From Octopus sinensis (lineage: Eukaryota), in contig NC_043009.1 in the NCBI RefSeq assembly GCF_006345805.1, forward strand, positions 53,010,001 to 53,074,000: 64,000 nt of DNA, read 5' to 3'. Positions 39,801-50,867 of the stretch are shown here, piece by piece. Made by a program: the position numbers and the translations under genes. The notes under the pieces are model-generated. The model was given only the letters and a program-made list of their open reading frames with translations. It did not search any database and was not told where the DNA came from. How positions within the stretch are numbered: the first letter of the stretch is position 1; every line of letters begins with the position of its first letter.

Positions 39801-40485
39801 AGTGCTATGCATAAGGCTGATTGCATGCAACAAAGTCTCTCAGGAAGGGATCTTTGTCCTGTTACTGAGTGTTTGCAGTCCTCTGATGTTCAGTAGGAGT
39901 ATCGAGGTGAGGTGTAACGTTGTTGCCGGCGGTGTCCATCCTGTGTCGGTTTGCTGTGGTGGTCTGGTATATAGTGGGTAGTCCCACCTGCGGGCTTGGT
40001 TTGATGAAGCCAGGTCAGCTGCTGTACATCTTTTGTGCCATGCACAAAAAGATTGTTGCTCAGCAGCTGCTCTTTCGACAACATCAGTTGGCTGTTTGGG
40101 GCGCGCACACACATCTGCGTACCTCCGCTTTGGGGCAGGTGGTGCGTGGTCCATCCATTTTCTTGTGTGTGATGGTTTGTCCATCTGCCTCAGTGTCTCT
40201 GTGGCAGGGTCCCCGATGTGCAAAGCGGCAGCCTGCACCTTCCTTTCCATGCACAGGAACCCTCTCAGGTAGAAACTACATACCCGTGTGCGCTGTTTGG
40301 TTCCATCCTTTGGCGTTCCACTTCTATTTCTGGTTGTTTTCACTCTTGTGGTTCCTGCTTGAGCTTTTCTTTTTTCCTTTAGCTCTTCCAGTCCTCTTTT
40401 AGTTCTTCTTTCCTCCCTCTACCTCTTCAACCGGTTCTCGTCCTCCATGGCCCTTGCTGCCGGTTTGGAGAACTTGCACCTGGGT
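36870..40485 (-). mobile_element. 5'-truncated CR1-clade LINE: ORF1 C-terminus (CCCH fingers), APE endonuclease, RT, 3' UTR with (CAAT)n-like tail
   Basis: LLNIRGL, RTDRKERSHGGVAMYIRE, GDFNLP, QPTRAGNTLDLCF, SDHN, KNYRPISL, YLDFAKAFD-like, VPQGTVLGPLL, SLERRRERY; many frameshifts. Confidence 0.93.
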
Positions 40486-40584
40486 TCACTCCCGGGCAGG
40501 TTTCTCATTCAAACTCCTCCCGGGCGTCCACCAGGTGGGGTGACTTCTTTCATCGGGTGACTTCTTTCTATACATATATATATA

Positions 40585-40673
<89 letters not shown>

Positions 40674-40893
40674 TATTATATATATATACATGATATATAT
40701 TACATATATATATATATATATATACTATATATATAAATATATATATATATATATCTATATACATATATACTATATTACATATATATACATATTATATATA
40801 CATATATATACATATCATATATATATACATATATATATTATAATATATATATACATATATATACATATATATTATACATATATATCATAATAT

Positions 40894-40950
<57 letters not shown>

Positions 40951-42004
40951 TTATGCGTGTAACTTGTTTCATGTATATATTTTTGACTGTACTTTATAAT
41001 CTCTGACGAGGCCTACGGATATATATATATATATGCACCTCATTTTCCATTGCCTACCACCTCAATACACTTGACTTATATAGGTACAATGAGTTACTAA
41101 ACAGCTGTAAGTGATTTTAATAACTACTTGTATTCTTATCTTATATCTTATATGCATTGAATTTTATACTGTATATATGTATATTATTATGGTTGTCGTT
41201 TTGATAAATAAATAAGTCGACATTTTAATATCCTAAAGCTGATGAACCAACTAATATGCTTCTCTTCATTTCTTATTTGTATATATATATATATATATAT
41301 ATATAATGACGGTCTTCTTTCAGTTTCCGTCTACCAAATTCACTCACAACGCTTTGGTCAGCTCGACGCCTCGACGCTAATCGTTGAAAAGAATTTCATT
41401 AACAAATAATTCTCACGTACTCTCTGCACGCTAATGTTAGCTATTCAGGCACTGCAAGTCACTGTGTCGGTCATGGAGACACCATTTTATTGTTGTTTAA
41501 TCTCGATACTATTATTAAGATATGCAATTCATGGGAAAGAATACAACGTGGTGCTAAACTAAAATCAATTTTTAAAAAATGAAAAAAGTAAAACACAATT
41601 CAAAAGACTTGAAAATGAATGTGTATTAGCGAAGACAGAGAAAATATTATGGGAATAATTTTTACATATATCAAAAGAAAATACGAAGGGAAATCAGAAA
41701 GTAGAGCGATTTTTAGTTGCATTATTCGTTGATTTACCCACCTGTATACGTGTGTGAATCTAAACATTAATGCAGAAAAGCTGTATTACTTTCTGACTCA
41801 CGTTAGTATATTTAGTAAGTCCCAGTTCAAATGATTGCAAGTAGAAAATGTGTAAAATAATAATTTAAAACTGGAACTTTATATTGTTAACGTTTTGCTC
41901 CATAATTGCACAACGCTTAAGGTTTGCGATTATAAAGGATTAATAAAAAATAACTAACTACATTAATTAATTATTTATAAGTATAATATTTTTTCTTTTT
42001 GCGT

Positions 42005-42224
42005 CCTTTTTAAAGCCCAGTCAGGCTCATGGGCCCGGTCTCCTTAGCTGGACGGGACGCCAGTCCATCGCAGCGTTACTCATTTTTTTCCAGCTGAGTG
42101 GACTGGAACAACGTGAAATGAAGAGTTTTACTCGAGAACACAACGCGTCGGCCGGTCCAGGAATCGAAATCCCAATCTTACAATCATGATGCTGACACCT
42201 TAACCACTAAGCCACGAGCCTCTA
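42005..42224 (-). mobile_element. tRNA-derived SINE with CORE-like block
   Basis: gtggcttagtggttaagg…tttcgattcctggaccgg…ttcacgttgttccagtccactcagctg. Confidence 0.8.
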
Positions 42225-42659
42225 CATAAGCGTAATATAGAAAAAATAAAAATATATAACGTCTTACCAACAAATATGTACTGAGGCAAAACTCTGTTCA
42301 TTTTCGATGGTCTTAGTTTGAGGAAAAAGCAAACAGCTTTGGTTGTGGCTAGGAAAGAGTGTATACTGTTGTGAAGATAAAGAGCTTATATGTAGCAACA
42401 GTATATATGTGAACAGTATTGAATTAAATTTATACCTTTACCTGTTCTGTATTGGTTAAAACCTGATTGGCTGCCTTTACTGAGTTTTCTTTAAGAGACA
42501 ACAGCATCGCATTTGTTCAATACACTTAGAAACCCGTTTTTCGACAATGCACAAAATTGAGAGGTGCAGCGCACATACATACATAATACATACATAATTA
42601 CATACATACGTATATGTTATATAATCAATACATGAACACCAAAAGACGCCCTATATAAT

Positions 42660-42730
<71 letters not shown>

Positions 42731-42853
42731 GAGGGTACTACTATTCGTAGATACCAACACGCTAAGAGGGACCAATGTGGTCAAAACTACTAAAAATAAA
42801 CAAAATTTTACCGAATGCAAAACTTCAAAACACATCATTTTAAAAAGAATTCA

Positions 42854-42917
42854 GTTACATATCACATGTGATTTCGCATTTAATGCAGAATATGCATTTC
42901 ATGTTCGTCAGTGCAAC
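42854..42917 (-). ncRNA. Type I hammerhead ribozyme (group A, copy 1)
   Basis: GTTGCA-CTGACGA-aCATgaaATGCAtattcTGCATtaaATGc-GAA-ATCACATGTGAT-A-TGTAAC; AUA triplet, cut between 42860 and 42859. Confidence 0.85.
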
Positions 42918-43347
42918 AAACTCAAGAAATATAAGAAAAAACATAACATTACAAACTCGATAGCCAACCGTAGAATTCGTCGTAGCTTGTACGAATGTTT
43001 ATCCTTACATATCTATGAAAATGGCTGGCTTTTTCGCAATGCATTTCGGTAACAAATTGCCTAGTCGGAATAAAAATTCAGTATTGAACTATTCCGGTGA
43101 AAAATATAATTAACAATTGAGGATAAAATCTTTAAAAGAATTATCAGTAGTCAGCGTGAGAAACCTCGTAAGAGAAAAAATCCGTAAATTCTTCCTCTTT
43201 GAAAATATTCATTTATATTATATTGAGGGTACTACTATTCGTAGATACCAACACGCTAAGAGGACCAATGCGGTCAAAACTACTAAAAATAAACAAAATT
43301 TTACCGAATGCAAAACTTCAAAACACATCATTTTAAAAAAGAATTCA

Positions 43348-43411
43348 GTTACATATCACATGTGATTTCGCATTTAATGCAGAATATGCATTTCATGTTC
43401 GTCAGTGCAAC
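43348..43411 (-). ncRNA. Type I hammerhead ribozyme (group A, copy 2)
   Basis: Identical to copy 1; cut between 43354 and 43353, 494 nt from copy 1. Confidence 0.85.
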
Positions 43412-44010
43412 AAACTCAAGAAATATAAGAAAAAACATAACATTACAAACTCGATAGCCACCGTAGAATTCGTCGTAGCTTGTACGAATTTTATCCTTAC
43501 ATATCTATGAAAATGGCTGGCTTTTTCGCAATGCATTTCGGTAACAATTGCCTAGTCGGAATAAAAATTCAGTATTGAACTATTCCGGTGAAAAATATAA
43601 ATTAACAATTGAGGATAAAATCTTTAAAAGAAATTTTCAGTAGTCAGCGTGAAAAACCTCGTAAGAGAAAAAATCCGTAAATTCTTCCTCTTTGAAAATA
43701 TTCATTTATATTATATTGAGGGTATTACTATTCGTAGAGGGACCAATGTGGTCAAAACTACTAAAAATAAACTGACTATTGATAATTTCTTTTAAACATT
43801 TTATCCTCAATTGTTAATTTATATTTTTCACCGGAATAGTTCAATACTGAATTTTTATTCCGACTAGGCAATTTGTTACCGAAATGCATTGCGAAAAAGC
43901 CAGCCATTTTCATAGATATGTAAGGATAAACATTCGTACAAGCTACGACGAATTCTACGGTTGGCTATCGAGTTTGTAATGTTATGTTTTTTCTTATATT
44001 TCTTGAGTTT

Positions 44011-44074
44011 GTTGCACTGACGAACATGAAATGCATATTCTGCATTAAATGCGAAATCACATGTGATATGTAAC
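44011..44074 (+). ncRNA. Type I hammerhead ribozyme (group A, copy 3, inverted)
   Basis: Identical motif on plus strand; cut after 44068. Confidence 0.85.
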
Positions 44075-44347
44075 TGAATTCTTTTTTAAAATGATGTGTT
44101 TTGAAGTTTTGCATTCGGTAAAATTTTGTTTACTTTTAGTAGTTTTGACCACATTGGTCCCTCTTAGCGTGTTGGTATCTACGAATAGTAGTACCCTCAA
44201 TATAATATAAATGAATATTTTCAAAGAGGAAGAATTTACGGATTTTTTCTCTTACGAGGTTTTTCACGCTGACTACTAATAATTTCTTTTAAAGATTTTA
44301 TCCTCAATTGTTAATATATATATATATATATATATAATATATATATA

Positions 44348-44741
44348 CTCTTTACTATTTTACTTGTTTCAGTCGTTTGGCTGTGGCCTTGCTGGGGCAC
44401 CGCCTTTAGTCGAGCAAATCGACCCCAGGACTTATTCTTTGTAAGCCTAGTACTTATTCTATCGGTCTCTTTTGAAGAACCGCTAAGTTACGGGCACGTA
44501 AACACGCCAGCACCGGCTGTAAAGCGATGTTGGTGGGGGGGGGGACAAACACATATACACACATACACATATATATGTACATATATACGACGGGCTTCTT
44601 TCAGTTTCCGTCTACCAAATCCACTCACAAGGATTTGGTCGGCCCGAGGCTATAGTATAAGACACTTGCCCAAGGTGCCACGTAGTGGGACTGAACACGG
44701 AACCATGTGGTTGGTAAGAAAGCTACTTACCACCCAGCCAC
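44348..44741 (-). mobile_element. Essentially full-length tRNA-derived SINE with CR1-like 3' tail
   Basis: tRNA-like head (gtggctgggtggtaag…ggttccgtgttcagtccc), body as 1-320, tail ggcggtgccccagcaaggccacagcc…ctgaaac. Confidence 0.88.
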
Positions 44742-45139
44742 TTCTACAATAACTACATTTACCTACTCCTACAATAACGGAAAAATGCATTCACCCACTG
44801 AACCAAGAACTATTTAAATGTGGTTACTGGTCAATTGCTTTTACAAATAGATGGAAGTGATCATTTTAGAATTTCTTGAAAAATTTCTTGTTAAGGATAG
44901 CATGAAGTTAAGAAGTTCGCTTCTGAACCACGTTCTTTTGGGTTCACTGCACGGCACCGCACCTTAAGCGAGTGTCTTTGGGCCGATTGATGCCGTTGCC
45001 AGGAGAGTGAAATTTTTGTAGTCGGAGTGTGTGTGGAACGGGTAAATTTCGGCGTAGATATGCTTCTTAGCTAGCTGATCCTTTGATTTAATAATTACTC
45101 AACGAGTAGTACTCCTTATTCCTTATAAATGTTCTTCTT

Positions 45140-47521
45140 GCATATGAATATATCTTACATCAATTATTCAAATACAAGAAAAATTATAATGAAATAAAAA
45201 TATTGTTATATTTCGAAATGGTAATTTTGCTAGTTTAGCCAATAAAAACACACGCACAAAATATTTGGTGTTATTTTGCTTCAGTGTTATTTATTTTTTA
45301 CATTAATCTTAATCTTATTTCGGCCAGAGTTCTTTCGTCACACTCCTGTGACCGCATTAGTGGTCTTTTGTTTTCTTCTTTCTTATTTGTGTCTCTCTTT
45401 ACTAACCGTCAGCCATTTTGTATTTCTATTGTATATCTTCATTTGCGCATGCCTATATCTCTATGTGCGTCTATGTTTATTTAGTGTGTGTGGGGATGCC
45501 TGTAATATTTGTATCTTCTGTTTATATACGTTCATGTAATTTGTTTTTGTTGTTTTTGTTTATTCTTATTTTGTTCATGTGTTTACATCTACTTATTATT
45601 ATCATTACGTATGCTTGTATGTATGTATGTATAACAACAATACTAGTAATATTAATAATAATAGTAAATAAAAAATCTTTTAAATTAAACAAAAAAAATC
45701 TTATATAGTTATTTATTTCTATTTGTTTATTTATCTGTGTATTTTATTTATTATGTTTTCGGTTTTGTTTATATTGTAACCAGTTTATGGGGATCCTCTA
45801 CCGTCATATGTTGTGGTGTGTGCTAGTGTTCCATTCCAGTTTCCTATTCAGGCTAGGTTTATCTTCTATTATGTGTATAGCTTCTGTAATTTGTCTGATT
45901 GTTGCATCTGTTCTATGTGCGGACAATATTTTTATTTCTATGTTGTTGATTGTTCCCCCGTATTCCTGTTCGGCGTGTTGGTACAGAATCGATGAGCTTT
46001 TACTTTCCTTAAGTCCTCTCCAATGAACATTTACCCGCTCTCCTATGCTTCTTGCCGTTTTCCCTACGCATGTCGTTGTCTTGTTACTGCATCGTCCCTC
46101 TATACATCTTATACTATAGATTACATTTCTGGCTTTACAGTAAGTTTGTGGGCTAAATCTACATACAGTACAGTACTTATCTGTACAGGGGGTTCTACTA
46201 AAAGGGTAGGTTCTACCGATTATAGATTTGATAGGGTTGCCTGGCTTTTCAACAACCTTTATTATTAATCCTTAGCTTAAGTTTGTCTAGGGTCCTTCTA
46301 AAGCGGTACGCCAGTTCACCTCCAGGAGTGGTGTCAACGAACATGACACTCTGGTATTTATGGCTATCATACCAAGAGTTGGCCTTCCCTATTTTTTTTT
46401 GTCCTTTCTATAGTGTTCCATGACTTGTTCCTATAGAGTGGGCAAATCCCATTCCTATCATTACATAATATATTATCAAATTTCTTCATGGCTCCTTTGT
46501 ATACTCTGATCCTTTCTTTATGGCTGTAACCTGAGAACTGCATGCGGTGAATGAAATATTGTATTTGTCTCTTTAACTCTGTAGGTTTGAACATGCGTGA
46601 TACATTTCTCATTATTCTGACGAGGTCTGCCATCAAAATATTGAATTTGGCATTGTCTGCAATGGCTGAGTTCCGGTGGATCAAGTATTTTGAGGCCATA
46701 GGTTTGGCATAGTACGAATGAAGGATTTGGGTTTTATTATTCACAGTTTCTAGCCAGAGTTCTGTGTCTAGTACTGGTAGTCTATGGTTGGGGTGTTTAG
46801 TGGGGTAGTCTAGTGTGACCTTAATACTCTGGTGGATGGAGTTAGCTATTTGCTGGATGCTCTCCATAGTATTAGTTTCTATTACTATATCAATAGTACT
46901 CTCTTGTGGGATTAAGCTAAGGATTAAGGTTGTTGAAAAGCCAGGCAACCCAATCAAATCTATAATCGGTAGAACCTACCCTTTTAGTAGAACCCCCTGT
47001 ACAGATAAGTACTGTACTGTATGTAGATTTAGCCCACAAACTTACTGTAAAGCCAGAAATGTAGTCTATAGTATAAGATGTATAGAGGGATGATGCAGTA
47101 ACAAGACAACGACATACGTAGGGGAAACGGCAAGAAGCATAGGAAAGCGGGTAAATGTTCATTGGAGAGGACTTAAGGAAGGTAAAAGCTCATCGATTCT
47201 GTACCAACACGCCGAACAGGAATACGGGGGAACAATCAACAACATAGAAATAAAAATATTGTCCGCACATAGAACAGATGCAACAATCAGACAAATTACA
47301 GAAGCTATACACATAATAGAAGATAAACCTAGCCTGAATAGGAAACTGGAATGGAACACTAGCACACACCACAACATATGACGGTAGAGGATTCCCATAA
47401 ACTGGTTACAATATAAACAAAACCGAAAACATAATAAATAAAATTCACAGATAAATAAACAAGTAGAAATAAATAACTATATAAGTTTTTTTTTGTTTAA
47501 TTTAAAAGATTTTTTATTTAC

Positions 47522-47552
<31 letters not shown>

Positions 47553-48020
47553 ACTAGTATTGTTGTTATACATACATACATACAAGCATACGTAATGATA
47601 ATAATAATAAGTGGATGTAAACACATGAACAAAATAAGAATAAACAAAAACAACAACAAAAACAAATTACATGAACGTATATAAACAGAAGATACAAATA
47701 TTACAGGCATCCCCCCACATACACACACTAAATAAACATAGACGCACATAGAGATATAAGCATGCGCAAATGAAGACATACAATAAAAATACAAAATGGC
47801 TGACGGTTAGTAAAGAGAGACACAAATAAGAAAGAAGAAAACAAAAGATCACTAATGCGGTCACAGGAGTGTGACGAAAGAACTCTGGCCGAAATAAGAT
47901 TAAGATTAATGTAAAAAATAAATAACACTGAAGCAAAATAACACCAAATATTTTGTGCGTGTGTTTTTATTGGCTAAACTGGCAAAATGACCATTCCGAA
48001 ATATAACAATATCTGTTTCA
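45140..48020. mobile_element. Two 5'-truncated copies of one PLE joined head-to-head (~1.1-kb inverted arms)
   Basis: Minus copy 46912->45140 (thumb ORF 46367-46957, GIY-YIG, UTR); plus copy 46913->48020 starting at KLRIKVVEKPG; HHR-like motifs at 45324-45363 (-) and 47849-47888 (+). Confidence 0.9.
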
Positions 48021-49032
48021 ACACACGACTTCACATCAAAAATCTTGCACAACAAATATAGAATTAAAAATAATACAAATTATAATATAAAAATATATAA
48101 TATAATAAAAGAAATATTCATTTAAGGATTGACTACATTTTACTTTGATAAAGAAATAAGCTACCTGATTTAGGCTTACAATTTTATATGTAAGGCGGTG
48201 AAACTGGGTCACTAACATTGTTTTTTTTTTCTAGCTTTGAATTAACAAGTTTAATATTTCATGAGGTTATTCATTTATTCAGGTAATTCACCTATTCAAG
48301 GAATGTTCTTTTTTCTTCGTTTCTTACAAGCAAAGCTATTCGACTACAAGGAATGCTTTGTCGAAACAAAATGAAGTTCAAACAATACATGTAGTAATGT
48401 ATATTAATAAATATTGTTTTCACAATAAGTTTTAGGATTTTGCACAAAGTTTTCAGAAGAATCATTCTTGCAGCAGAAAACAATATTATTATTGCTTTTC
48501 TAAAAAAAAAGTTACTAAAATACTGACAAAAGATATATGCCATAAATATATTAGATCAACATAATTAAGCAACAGACAGCTAGATGAATTATTTGAATTC
48601 ATTTTATTCAATTTATAAGACAAAAGATCACCAACCAAAGTTACTGCTGTTGATATCAAATTACAGTATTGTTTCTACCCGAGGAATTAGTAGTTTGTAA
48701 CACATTGCCTTCTATGCATTAAGTCTTCACGTTCAGTGTTTTAGTCACCTTCCTACAAAAAGATACCACGAAGAGGTACCAGAGAAAGCTTTCTCCTTAG
48801 ACAATAGTCACACTATATAATTGATAAGTTATTTCGTTGATGTCTTGCAATGATAATTAAACTTACAAGAATATGTCTAGTTAAGTTGACCGCTTGTTTC
48901 ACTTCCAAAAAAGAAGTCACTTACCATGTTGTATGAGCTGGAATAAACCCTATTACTCTTTATCTTCAACATAAGTTGTTTCTCAGTACTGTGTACAAAG
49001 TGTATACAAAAATTTCTAGTAAAAGAGGTTTC

Positions 49033-49452
49033 GGATCTTTTCAGTTTGAACGGCAGTTTTTTCCTAGCGGTGTCATATGAAAGTGTCACCCATAATTATG
49101 ACCCTGGTATCGATCTATTGCATTTCAATCTATTTTAGGGTTAGGGTTAGGGTTAGGGGTGGGGGGAAGGGTATCTTTTTTCTTCACAAATGTAAATAAA
49201 CCCAATCTGTTTCTTAAACGAAGGACATATTCATACGGCACAGAATGTTTTTTACCTCAATACGTCAGTGATTGGTTGAAATTGCAGAAATTGAAGAAAA
49301 AAACAACAAATATCTTACAAACTATAGAATTTTCTCAATAAAGCCAAGAGAAAAAGATGTTTTATAAACACATTCTACCAGTATACGAAGTTTAAAATTT
49401 TTTAGTTACCTAGAAATTATTTTAAAAACTGCCATTCAAACCGAAAATATCC
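49033..49452. mobile_element. MITE with GGATC-type TIRs, 8-bp TSD and internal (TTAGGG)n; possibly Merlin superfamily
   Basis: TSD GAGGTTTC at 49025-49032 and 49453-49460; ~28-bp TIRs. Confidence 0.85.
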
Positions 49453-49504
49453 GAGGTTTCTCTGTGTGGTCTACTCAATTGTACTCTGAATCTAGGCTTA
49501 TTTC

Positions 49505-49775
49505 ATGACTCACAATCCGTAAGGTCGTGGGTTCCTTGCTGTGCGTTGTGTCCTTGAGCAAGACACTTTATTTCACATTACTCCAGTTCACTCAGTTGGC
49601 AGAAATGATTAGTACCTGTATTTCAAAGGACCAGTCTTGTCACATTCTGTGTTACGCTGAATCTCCTTGAGAACTACGTTAAGGGTATATGTGAAGTGCT
49701 CAACTACTTGCACGTTAGGCCACTTGCACTAGCAGGGTGTTCCATTGATCGGATCAACTGGAACCCTCGTCAGTA
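49505..49775 (+). mobile_element. SINE: CORE-like 5' half plus the 3' half of the 52164-52546 type
   Basis: ttgagcaagacactttatttcac then tacctgtatttcaaagg…gagaactacgttaaggg…ttgatcggatcaac. Confidence 0.75.
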
Positions 49776-49789
49776 TTGTGTCAGCTACA

Positions 49790-50100
49790 AGAACGCAGAA
49801 ACTAAACTGAGTTGTTGGTCCACAGAACTCTGGTAGATATGAACGAGATTACAGAAGTAATTGAACTCCCGGATGCGAGAAAACTAAATGTAACAGTGGA
49901 GGGGCGACCCCTCACTTGCTACGGGTGTGGACAGAAGGGGCATATGAAAAAGAAGTGTCTCCAAAGCCCAACTGAACCAAGCAACGAGGAAGAAATCCTG
50001 TCGGAACACGAGGATGTAGCAGAAGCAGAAAATTTAAGTGAAGCAGAAACAACAGAGACCAAGGGAGAGTTCACTCAAGTGACCAGAATGTGAAATAAGG
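49790..50100 (+). pseudogene. gag-like ORF1 relic with CX2CX4HX4C knuckle (non-LTR element)
   Basis: VTVEGRPLTCYGCGQKGHMKKKC. Confidence 0.8.
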
Positions 50101-50867
50101 GCGACTCGTATCCGAAAGCTTCCAAAAGGAAGAGGAAAAAGAATTAAAAAAATATCGGAGATAGAAAGTGACACATCTCAACAAAGCAACAAAAGGACTC
50201 CCAGCGTGCAGAAAAAGGAAGAAGAGCAGACCACGGATTGGAAGGTAGAATATTTTCTATTATACAAGTCAAATGAAGTGACTGAGAGAACACTATTGAT
50301 AGAATTAAAGACGTAATAGGAGTAACGTTACATGCATCCGAAGATAAATATATCTTAGGAGACATAAAGAGATTTAGTTTCTTGAAAAAAATATCACGGA
50401 GATACCATTCGTATAACGCCAGAGAGGGTGAAGTATAAATATTTGTCCCAGTAGTAAGATATGAAGATATATACTTGGTTATGATAACATGAGTTACAGA
50501 CTAATAATTAATTGAATTGTAAAGAACAGTAAACGCAATTTCTTGAGGGTGGGGCTCAAGCAAGGACGTACATCCTCATTTTGTATATTTATCATTTTCA
50601 TTCATCGTTATAGGTTTTATATCCCCACTTGTACTGTCTAGTCTGTCCTTCTATCGTCCTCTCTGTGTTTCGGGCACTTGTGCCTAATACAGAAAAAGAA
50701 CGCGTTTTGGTAGTCACGTGTTGAATTGTTATCGTTCCAGATAGGTTATCTTTTGTTGAAGGTCCTCCCTAGCGGGGTTGCAGACTGTTGGAAATGTTAA
50801 ACCGCTGTTGTATTGTTTGCTTTTGTTTTGTTTTCTCCCCTAGGGAGGCGAGAATAGCAGTGAGTAA

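Larger units (their letters stand above)
42731..44315. mobile_element. Retrozyme-like array (group A): 494-bp non-coding unit x2.1 head-to-tail plus an inverted 1.1-unit copy
   Basis: gagggta(c/t)tact at 42731, 43225, 43718; inverted copy 43771-44315; one hammerhead per full unit; no ORF of note. Confidence 0.85.

Noticed and set aside
40998-41020. CTGACGAGGCC fragment
   Set aside because: Cut off by (AT)n; rest of the motif absent
49135-49160. True telomere or chromosome-fusion scar
   Set aside because: Only 3-5 TTAGGG units, inside a TIR/TSD-bounded MITE present twice
50540-50600. VGLKQG RT-like peptide
   Set aside because: Isolated short motif amid stops; cannot support an ORF2 call
50660-50700. 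GGCAC-aa-GTGCC-CGAAAC on the minus strand
   Set aside because: 5' core reads CTGTATT, too degenerate to call
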